DNA of 59,843 nt, the filler included, from Porpidia crustulata (lineage: Eukaryota): NCBI GenBank assembly GCA_964255105.1. It is 6 parts of 6 records of this genome, joined end to end, with 100 filler letters (N's around TTAATTAATTAA, not from the genome) between each part and the next. Parts side by side here need not be neighbours in the genome. Positions count along the whole stretch, not along the records: positions 49,970 to 59,843 come from CAXUWE010000872.1; 5 more parts are not named here. One strand, given 5' to 3'. The notes under the pieces are model-generated. The model was not told the DNA's origin. It saw only the letters and a list, made by a program, of their open reading frames with translations, and ran no database searches. The translations under genes and the position numbers were made by a program. Shown piece after piece: positions 49,970 through 59,843 of the stretch. Within the stretch, counting starts at the first letter, position 1, and each line of letters begins with the position of its first letter.

Positions 49970-50248
49970 GGTGATGATTGATAGAGATGGGGATGGATTG
50001 ATGTTCGCGCTACCCGTATTTACCCCTAGCTCGGCCACCTTACCAAGGGTTAGGGTTACAGAATCAGGTTATGCGAGCATGGCCGAACTAGGGGTATATA
50101 CGTGTAGCGTGGTTTGTATGGTCTTGCGGATTTTTGTGACCCCATCACCCCATCACCGTTCTCACTCCCAGTTGTGAAATTGTGTCTTACACAGGTATTC
50201 TGATTGATAGTTTCATTTGTAGTATCCTCTATGATTTGTCTATGCTGT

Positions 50249-51429
50249 CTACTCTAATAATCCGCATCGGCTTACTGTGCTCTGCTCTAGAATCTCTATA
50301 TCTCGAAGAAACCTTTTAACCCCCTCATACAATATCGTCTATTTTGTTGTTTTCTCCTCATGGCCGTCATGATGAGCTTTCTCAAGTCCTTTAGCGGCCA
50401 CTTTCTCGAGGCTTACCTTTCCTTCTCTATCTCTTGTTCAGAAATTTTCACATCCACAAGTCGCCAAGGGTTCAACTTACACAATATCCTTTGTCGTTGC
50501 AAAGATTGAATTCCAGTCCTCAAAGACGGAGAACGGCACGCCTTCCCGCTCGCAGTACGTTACCAGATCTACGGAAAGTCAGGACGTATCACAGTGGTGC
50601 AAACACGATATGAGGTTTCTCGACTTACCCATGCCCTTCTTCGCAAACAGCAAATCCGTCTCACGTGCCGCGCTCAAATCGCTCACTCCGTCTCCCGCAT
50701 ACAACATAGTCGGTCGCGCCTCTCCTTTCACCTCATCGAAATGCTTTTTGTAGGGCCTGATCGCCAGACTCTTATCGTGCCCAAAATGGCTATCATCATG
50801 GAACCTGATCTGCCATCCTCCCTCCTGATCTATCTTCTTACCAGGCCGGTTCTCCACTTCGTTACTTATAATTTCGATATCATCGGCGTCGGGGCCAAGC
50901 AAGTGGACAAGGAGACCACGTATTATGGGGGTCATGCCGGAAGAGAGGACAATAACGGGGACGTTGTTGGCGCGCGACCACTGGTAAAAGTCGGCGAAAT
51001 GCGGATCGAGTTTAATGTTTGAGCAAAGGGCGGAGATGCATTGAGGAAAGGGAGTCTTGACGCTGTCCATCATTTCGCTGAAGGATTCTCTGTGACGCTG
51101 GTTCAGAAATGCTCAGCGCGATGAGCCGCATCTTCTGGTAGGTTTACGAGGGCATACCTAAAGGTTTTACGATCCTCCAAGACGTCGACATTGCCTTTGC
51201 GACGGAGCTCCACCCCGAAGCCGAGATTGTCCGTCTGGGAAAGGATCAGTGAAATGGGGGTGGAATGAGCTGAAGGCGCAGTACCATCCAATCATTGCCT
51301 TTCTATCACATTAGTGCAGAATCATCAATGATATGGAATCTACTCACTGTCTTTCAGCGTTATTGTGCCATCGAAGTCTGTAAAGAAGATGCATTTCGGA
51401 TTCGACCTGAGGGTTTCAGGGTATGGCAT
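50249..51429 (-). CDS. HAD-superfamily phosphatase (MtnX-like / yeast YNL010W-Pyp1-like)
   Basis: Spliced MPYPETLRSNPKCIFFTDFDGTITLKD|SNDWM|TDNLGFG; VLSSG; FGHDKS; YAGDGVSDLSAA; five predicted introns including a 14-nt exon. Stop position approximate. Confidence 0.88.
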
Positions 51430-52026
51430 GACTGGCAGAAAGCAAGGTGTATGGGGATGGAAGCTCTGCGCAAAATATGATTATTTGGAGATTAATAAAA
51501 TAAAAAATCGGGTGAATCGCAAGAATGGTGGGGTGCCTGCAGAGTTGTAGTAGTGCCTCGGTGTGCCAAACGTCATCGATCCCTTGCATGATATACTTGA
51601 GTTCGAGAATTTTATATTCGAAAATAGTATTGGTATTAACCTGTACCCAGTTTTCGACCGAGGAGTTGATCGAGGAGCCAATGCTGTAAATGGCAGAGAC
51701 ATCGAACGGATGTGAAGATCCTCCAGCTACGAAGAATACATCTCACCTAGGTCTGGTCTCGATTCATGAACATTCGTTCCAATTATGGATAAGGATGTTT
51801 CGTCGATGGACAGGTGTATTCATGGTCGCGGTTCAACTTAATCCGCGATATATTGGGCTTTCAATCATGCCAATAGAACGAATGAACAGCCCATATTGCT
51901 GAATATGTACAATTCTGTAATATCGAGCAAGGAAATGGGATCGTAATTATACAATATGAACAGTGCTATCCCAAAGGAAGCATTTGCAGTGCCGGAGGTT
52001 CGCCGACACTTGAGCTGACAATCGAC

Positions 52027-54106
52027 TCAACAGGTCCATATTCCCACGGTACCGTCCTTACGGCCTTCCGTCAAATAGCCATCCTTGACTCGGACTCGCT
52101 CAACCGAAGCTGGATGGCGGCCCTCTGCTTCGGCCGCCACACCGGCACCGCAATCCCAGTGTCGGCCGTCTGTCTTATCATAAACTTTGGCCGCGTTCTC
52201 ACCAGCTGCAGATACGATCCGTCGGGCATCGAACATCATGCTTGTGACTGGGTTGTCGTACGCATAGGCGTCGTGGATTGAACCTGTCCGGAGGTCCCAT
52301 ATCTATTCACGAATTAGACACAGTGGATAGAGAACTTGACTGTAGAAAGGGGTTCTTACCCGTATGCTCCGGTCCAAACTTCCAGTGACCAAATGAACAT
52401 CATCAAATTGCAGACAAGTCACAGGGCCGGTATGCCCTACAAGACTTCGATGCACTTGACCGCTTCGAAGATCCCATAGGCGCACCATCCCATCCGCAGT
52501 TCCACAGGCAAGGGCTGCGTCGAAACACTGCAATGCACCGACAAAGTCTGCCGATGCATCGTGGAGTCGTCCTGTTGTCCGCCATTGCCCATCATTCAGA
52601 TTGGTCGTAGCTGAAGCTTGAGCGGCTGCCCAAAGAACATCCAGAGTCTGAACGCATCGACCTTTCACAAGATCCCATTGCCTTAGGGTTTTATCAGCAG
52701 AGCCCGAGACGAGTGTATCGCCTCTGAAGTGTAACGCAGTGACTTTGTCCACATGCGCTTCTAGTGAGAAAATTGGACAATCCTTCATACTTGATGAGTG
52801 TGGTACAGGCATAGGATCTTCAGTGCTTTCATTGCCTAATCCTTCTTCATCGTCCTCTTCTATTCGCTTGTTGATGTTATTGTCGTGCGGCACAACCTCA
52901 GCTAAGCTTAAGTCCCAAAGCCGAATGGACGCATCCATAGATCCTGTAGCTACAATACTGTCTTCGACCTGCAAGCACCTGACCGAAGCTTGATGTCCCT
53001 CGAGTAAACCTACACATCGCCCTACGTTGAGATCCCATACACGTACAGTATCATCAAGGGCCGAAGTGACCATTGTACCAAACGGTGCATCAAAGTCTAA
53101 TGCTGTAATCATGTCATTGTGCGCCTGTAATTCTCTTATGCTCGATCCTGCCTCGAAGTGCTCATGCCTTATCGGCATTGATTTTCGCCGTGAAGGCTTA
53201 TGCCTTTTGGCTCTGGGCGATGGTAGCTTCTCATATATCGATGCTGACATGAAAGATGGACTTGTTGTATCAGCTTCTCCAGCCCCATCCTCGATTTCCA
53301 CTTCTATTTCAGTTGGGGGAGTTGCAGTATGGCCCAGCGCGGTAGTATCGTCAAACTCATCCATGATGTCCTCAAGCTTGTTATCAACATCTAACAGCTC
53401 ATGCTCCAATTGTACTTCATCTTGCTCCAGGTCCCCAAGCCTGTCCAAGACTATTTTGCGCATACTGTTGAGGTTTGATATTTTATTATCAATCTCTCGA
53501 ATCTCCGATGAACACATATTCTTACGAATGCCCATCACCTCTAGCTTATGGCTCAGATTTTTTCTCTCTCGCTTCACGTTTTGCAATGGAGATTCTTCTT
53601 GGTTCTCTGATATCCCAAGCAGTTTGCGATCCCTTGTGGTATGCCGTCGATGGGTCTTCCTATACCCAATCTCTTCCTCTTCGGGCATTGTTGCTTGGAA
53701 ACCTTGAAATAAAGAATACGCATTCCCACTCTCGGGAATATTTGCAAGAAGCTCATCTGGGAGGTAAGTGAGGGCTCGATGTTGGATTTCAGAGGTCGAG
53801 AGCTTTGACCGGACTAGTTCAGTCGGTGAAGCTTTGGCGTATGAAAAGACTCTTTGCTGTATCCCAGGCCTTCTAAGCTCTTTTTGAAGCTCGCTCATGG
53901 CATGTTGATAGTGGGGATTGCTACTGTGGTCGCCAATCAAATGGTTTGCTGTAGTGGTTACCTTGCGGCCGAAGGCTTCAATCGACCGTGTCTACATATG
54001 TTAGTAACAACGTGACGATAAGTAGATATCCGGTCATTACAGTCAGGGCAGTTCCCAGAACCGAATCTTCTTGATTGCTTGGCGGAAGGACATTGCGGCT
54101 CGCCAT
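52027..54106 (-). CDS. MDV1: Mitochondrial fission adaptor Mdv1/Caf4 (N-terminal extension, coiled coil, WD40)
   Basis: [19 protein letters not shown], coiled coil [19 protein letters not shown] repeats [45 protein letters not shown] at 54106, introns near 53992-54040 and 52305-52359. Confidence 0.95.
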
Positions 54107-54503
54107 CAAATTCTCATTTCAATATTGTAGTGTACAGAGGGCCAGATATCTGCGACGATTCAGAAGTAGAGCTTTAAATCAGCTGCATCGGTCTGGACTT
54201 TAGCTCGTTCATAGGTTGTTATTGGACTATTGACGTAGCAAATTGATCGCGGGAACCGAGTCTTAAACCCCCCCTTTGCTGCCGCTCAGCCCTATCAGGC
54301 CGATACCAGAAAGTTTTCGCAAAATCGAGGTCTTTAAATGCTCGTACTTGCACTTACTTACTTCGCTCTCTCGTCAAAATCCACCTTAGGAACTTCCTAC
54401 ACTCAATTGTAGCACTACGAAAGCTCCTCGTCTCGTACTGCCGTAGTCGGTCTGCATTCCGTCGCTTTTTGCTTAATTTTGTTGACTCGGGGAACCGAAA
54501 TTC

Positions 54504-55408
54504 ATGGACACTGCAATTGATCTGTCCGACGCCTCCAAGGCGCTTGACTTGGCGAATATACGGTTTCAATTAATGTAATCTTCCATTGTCTTTCTTTGTA
54601 TGGGACTACGACTGAAGTTAGTAGTCGACTAGAAGACACAATCACATTTCATCTTATTGAGCGTGTACAATTTCCGTTAAATCCAACTATCTATCAAGCT
54701 GGAGGGGTCCAAATCCCACATAGTTCTCTAAGTCTATTTGACTGGGTGCTCCGAGAGCAAGAACGTCTTCAATCTCTGATTCGTCGATACCAGTCTCCTG
54801 ATGAATATCCATTTTTCCCCGATGCCCTGCAAAAACCAATTCTACAGCCGCTGAACTACCCTCATATCCTCCATCCCAACAATGTGGATCGAACCCAGGA
54901 GCTCAAGAAGAAATATGTCGAGATGATTTTGCCAAATGCTTGTTGTCAATTTGGAAGAGAGGATCGTGGTCAGCGAGAAGAGAACTACGGATCCACTGCG
55001 ACATGTGACGTAGCTTGTCTGCAAGCGCTCTCCAGAAGAATACACTTTGGGAAGTTCGTCGCTGAGTCGAAGTTTCTCCAAGAAACAGAACGATTCGTAG
55101 CTTTAATACGAGCAGCAGACAGGCCTGGGATCAATGCCGCTATTACTAATACCAGAGTGGAAGAGAAGGTATTAGAAAGACTCAAACTGAAGGCCAAGAC
55201 TTATGGCACGGATCCTAGTATAGACGCCAATGGTGAAGGAAAGATCAACGTGGATGCTGTAGAGGCTATTTACAAGGTACACAGTAAATCCCTGTTTCTA
55301 TATGCTAAGTGACTAACTATAGACCAGGAAGTTGTCATTCCTATGACTAAGATAGTAGAGGTGGAGTACCTAATGCAGCGCCTAGAAGGAACCTCATGGA
55401 AATCCTGA
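54504..55408 (+). CDS. ARO7: Chorismate mutase (eukaryotic AroQ)
   Basis: [84 protein letters not shown]; introns ~54576-54624 and ~55277-55327. Confidence 0.96.
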
Positions 55409-55491
55409 TCGCAGCCCAGAGAGCGACCGGATGAACGCCAGATTAATGCATGCAGCCGCTGGCGTCGTTTTTGGGAGGCCTTCTCGTCCCT

Positions 55492-56483
55492 TCAAGTTTG
55501 GCCAAGATATGCTTCGAGAGCTTTTACCACACTTCCAAAATTTGCGGCTTCTATTAGTATCAAGTGTCCGCGCGGTTTCACGCCAAGCTCCTGGAACGTC
55601 CTTTTGGCATCAGACTGGCCTTGCCCTTCTTGCTTCAGGTAATCAAAGCCGCCATATACAAGAGCATGGCGCTGTAAAACTTCGTCTTCGGGATGAAAAT
55701 GGAACACAGTTGCACTCTCATCTGTGCTACCGTCTGTCTTCTGTTTTCTCTTCTTTTGCGGTCGGCTAGTCTCTTGGTCTAGCGTGGACGCCACTTCCGT
55801 GTATGTTTTTGATAAAATCATATAATGCGAAAAATTATAGGGTTCCTTTTCCTCCAGTGCCCACGAAATTTCTTCCTCTAGCATCCGATACATAGGCGGT
55901 ACAACCTCAGACGGACAATTGATGAATCTTTCGGTCAGTACAAGTCCAACTCGAGATGGGCTGCTGGGTTCCAGAAGATTTCTCAACGTCGAAAGTTGGT
56001 TGTTGAGAGTGGCTTGGGTGGCTATGTATTCTATCAGGCTACGGATGACTGGTTTGTCCTACAGAAGCTTTAGCTAGGTACAAACATGAGAAAAAAAAAT
56101 TTATATATACCTTATGCTCTTGGAGATTGAGAACAGTAAGGAACGCCCATGGATCTGTCTCATTGCCGTCCACTTTGACAGTCGATCCAAGTAATGGTTG
56201 CGCCAGTATAAGATCTGTCAGTGCGCTGAGGTCGAATGATGGGGCGTCCGCGTCAAGGAGCTGTCTTAGAAGGGTCTTGATGCCATGGAAGTCATTTTCC
56301 AGCTGGGGATCAAACCACTCGAATTCCACTTTGAGCTCGTTCATTTCCTGACAATTTATCAGATAGTTGACCTGGGTGTAGTTGGGTGCTTCTCACGGTG
56401 TCACTGTCGCTGTCTGCGGAGCTGCTCTCATCCATCCCAAGCTCCTCCGCCTTACTGTCAATGGCGGCTTTACGTTTCGTCAT
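55492..56483 (-). CDS. BCP1: Bcp1/BCCIP family protein
   Basis: VEFEWFDP...DFHGIKTLLRQL, LGSTVKVDG, GLVLTERFINCPSEVVPPMY, HPEDE; ATG at 56483; two predicted introns. Confidence 0.93.
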
Positions 56484-56757
56484 TGCGATAAATCTGAATT
56501 CCGATCTTTAGAGTACTGTAAGGAGCTTCTCAACATTCAAGTTACGAGAAAATGTAAAGACTCGAGATTTATAGGAACATTCAGCAGCCCTTCAGCCCTA
56601 CGTAATCGATAACGAGGCGAACAACGCCCACGAGATTTCAATTCCTGACACACTTTTTTTTGCCAGCTGCGCCCACTTGCGAGAATTATTGATAACATCT
56701 TCCCTTCGGCCTGTCGATTAAGGGCAGTCATACGGCCTGCGCATTCGCTGTGTCACC

Positions 56758-58454
56758 ATGGTCGCAAATGGAGATGAAGCCGGAGAAACACCGGACGATC
56801 CTCATAAGAACTTTGACACTATACTTGTATTGGACTTCGGGTCTCAGTATTCGCATCTAATTACGCGTCGGCTCCGCGAGCTCAACGTCTATTCTGAAAT
56901 GCTCCCGTGCACCCAGCGCATATCAGCTCTGTCGTGGACCCCGAAAGGTATCATACTGTCGGGCGGGCCCTACTCAGTGTATGAGAAGGATGCCCCTCAC
57001 GTGGACGCGGCTATATTCGAGCTCGATGTTCCTCTTCTAGGTATATGTTATGGTCTACAAGAGATGGCCTGGAATTTTGACAATAAAAACGTCCTAGCAG
57101 GGGAGAAGAAAGAATATGGTCATGCTAAACTTGACATCAAGCGACACCGGGGAAAGGAGTCTTTAGATCGATTGTTAGGGGGTCTTGGCGACGAGATGGA
57201 AGTGTGGATGTCTCATGGTGACAAGCTGGCTAACTTGCCAGACTGCTTCTCAACCATCGCAACAACTAGCAATGCACCATTTGCAGGTATTGCTCATTTA
57301 TCGAAGCCATATTATGGCATCCAGTTCCACCCAGAAGTTACCCATACTTCTCGAGGTACAGACCTACTCCGGAACTTTGCAGTTACTATATGCCAAGCTC
57401 GCCAAAATTGGACGATGGAAGAATTCGTGGATAAGGAGATAGTAAGAATACGTGCATTAGTAGGCGAGAAAGGGCAAGTGATTGGTGCTGTCAGTGGTGG
57501 GGTCGATTCGACCGTTGCGGCAAAATTAATGCATCACGCCATCGGCCATCGATTCCATGCTGTGCTTGTCAACAATGGATTGCTGCGGCAGAACGAAGCC
57601 GAAACCGTTCATAAGACCCTGACACAGGATCTGGGAATCAACCTGACTGTTGTTGATGCAAGTGAGCGCTTTTTGAGTGATCTCAAGGGCGTATCAGAGC
57701 CAGAAGAGAAACGTCGAAGAATCGGTAAGAATTTCATCCAAGTATTCCAAGAAACCGCCAAGAAGATCGCTGTAGATGCCGCGGGGTCGCCCCAGGCTGG
57801 AGAATTTGAGTGGCTCTTGCAGGGAACATTGTACCCAGATGTAATTGAAAGTATCTCGTTCAAAGGCCCTAGTGCCACTATCAAAACCCATCACAACGTT
57901 GGCGGCCTTCCAAAAGACATGCATCTCAGGCTCATCGAACCCCTTCGCGAGCTGTTCAAGGACGAGGTAAGAATTCTAGGCACCAAATTAGGGATATCCG
58001 AAGACCTTGTCTGGAGACACCCGTTTCCTGGACCAGGCATTGGTATCAGGGTCCTCGGAGAGGTGACACCGGCGCAAGTCGACATCGCCCGTCAGGCGGA
58101 TTATATATTCATCGAAGAAATCGTTGCTGCGGGCCTTTACCGCAAGATCAGTCAAGCGTTCGCGGCACTACTCCCTGTGAAAGCCGTTGGAGTCATGGGC
58201 GACAAGCGAGTTCATGAGCAGGTCATTGCGCTTAGAGCGGTCGAGACGACCGATTTCATGACGGCGGACTGGTATCCGTTTGATGGTGCTTTCCTAAAGA
58301 AAATCAGTTCGAGGATTGTTAATGAGGTTAATGGGGTCTGTCGGGTTGTTTATGATAGTGAGGACTCCCTCACAAAGTCTTGGCTGTTCGACTTCAAGAA
58401 CTAATTATGCATGCAGTAACGAGCAAACCACCAGGCACCATCGAAATGGAGTAG
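56758..58454 (+). CDS. GUA1: GMP synthase (glutamine-hydrolysing)
   Basis: [54 protein letters not shown]; intron 58358-58417 gives the terminal [12 protein letters not shown]. Confidence 0.97.
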
Positions 58455-59843
58455 AACCGTTTCATGTGAATAATCCTCTAGAAGTTGTTGGATGATTTTA
58501 GAAGAGGCAGAGCATGGCATTGGCGCATCTCCCTTTGATGGATTTTTGAGAGCTTCATATGATACCCCAAGTTTAGACTTTCTAATTGCAGGCTTTCCTA
58601 ATGCAAGCTAGTGCTCTTCCTCCAATTTTTCATTATCAAGAATTTTGCCAATTCCGCCTAAATATCGCAAATGCTAAGAGCAAGCTCGTCAAAACGAAGA
58701 TGCCCTCATGCTTCTTACTTGTCCCGGATCATCCGTTAAGACCGGCGCAGGGGGCACACTAATATCAAAAGACTTTGTCCCCGACAGCCAATCTAAGACA
58801 GCGAACCTACCAGACACCTAATCCACAAACTTACAACAGACGAATCGGCAATGCATCGTCAACAAAAGCCACACCAAAACCTCCATGAAAGTGAACGGAG
58901 CCTCAAACATCTCCCCTTCAAAATCACCAACCACCACCTCTATCCTCGGGAAACGCCACATCTTCAACTCTCGTCATATTATTCCTCAGTCCGATAAAAC
59001 TATACAGGAGCCCTTGATTAGAATTCATCGCGCCCCTCGATCTCCTCCATATCAGCTAGGCTCAGCTTGAAAGTCAACGCCTCAAGGCTATCCCTCAAAT
59101 ATCCAACAACGGGAAAACACAGGGCGCTTTGTGGGTCATGTACGTTAGCGCGACACTCATAAACCAAAGTCCCCCTTTCCTACTAGCAACCTTCTACGGC
59201 ATCCTCGCGACCTGCACAGTAGATGGCGCCATCATGTTCCCCGGACCTACGTTTGTTACCTCCCGCTGCTTCTCGCTCTTTGAGTTCCCACCATCCAGCG
59301 TACCCCTCAACACCACACCCATCCCCTCCGCGGTACAGTTCTACAGCACGTCGCGCTCAAAGTCACGATTCGCTGCACTTCAGCAGCCTTCGTAGAAAAA
59401 CGTCCCAAGCATCCCTAAAATTCATTTTCTCCATCGCAAATGGGCTAACCATGGTCCACACCGAAGACGGGTGCAAATAGTGGCGGGAAGAGGAATGTAA
59501 TTCTAAGCTGCTGTGCTACTTTTGCCATCAACGAGAAGCAGAGATGACGGAGAGAGCTTGAGCAACAAGCAACAACTAGAGTTTTGAGGAAAAAGAAATG
59601 GGAAGGGACTCTATACGTATCTACTGGATAGGTTGAATCAAGAAAACACCGCGAGAAAAGGAAGTCATATTTTAGCAAGTCCTCACTCCTGCCTCCTACC
59701 GACGTGCAGGGTTTCGGCGATCAAAGTAAAAGGATACCCAGTATCTGCAGGGGTTAGACAAAACATCTATTCCATACACTAGATATCTCTGCTACCTAGG
59801 TACATGAAGTCCAACACTCGCCAGTCCCATCAAACCCACCATC

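Noticed and set aside
59400..59843. Intron-like signals and small exons on the minus strand (e.g. HVPR|YWVSFYFDRRNPA)
   Set aside because: May be part of a truncated gene, but I could not identify a product or a complete structure.

Overview
Eukaryotic DNA from a filamentous ascomycete (Pezizomycotina-like; short GT-AG introns with CTRAY branch points). The window is not one locus. It consists of six contigs (1-9916, 10017-19917, 20018-29908, 30009-39889, 39990-49869, 49970-59843; lengths 9916, 9901, 9891, 9881, 9880, 9874, strictly decreasing) joined by identical 100-nt N44-TTAATTAATTAA-N44 spacers, so adjacency across spacers is meaningless. Contig 1 holds condensin subunit BRN1/Cnd2, a DHA2 MFS efflux pump, an eroded SET-like gene and a small mitochondrial membrane protein. 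Contig 2 holds choline oxidase and betaine aldehyde dehydrogenase (divergent pair), an NGT1/UNC-93-like transporter and an HXK3/HxkD-type hexokinase, i.e. a betaine/GlcNAc cluster. Contig 3 holds the NEO1 flippase and SEC16, both truncated. Contig 4 holds an AsaB-like oxygenase (truncated), a PLOD-type glycosyltransferase and an uncharacterised zinc-finger protein. Contig 5 is the most interesting: a repeat/RIP-like flank followed by a compact four-gene module of a CorA-like membrane protein with an altered GMN motif, an AsaB-like Fe/2OG-type oxygenase, a small Cys/His protein and an alpha/beta-hydrolase-NB-ARC NLR. Contig 6 is housekeeping (HAD phosphatase, MDV1, ARO7, BCP1, GUA1). All identifications come from motif recognition by eye, and exon boundaries are manual predictions.
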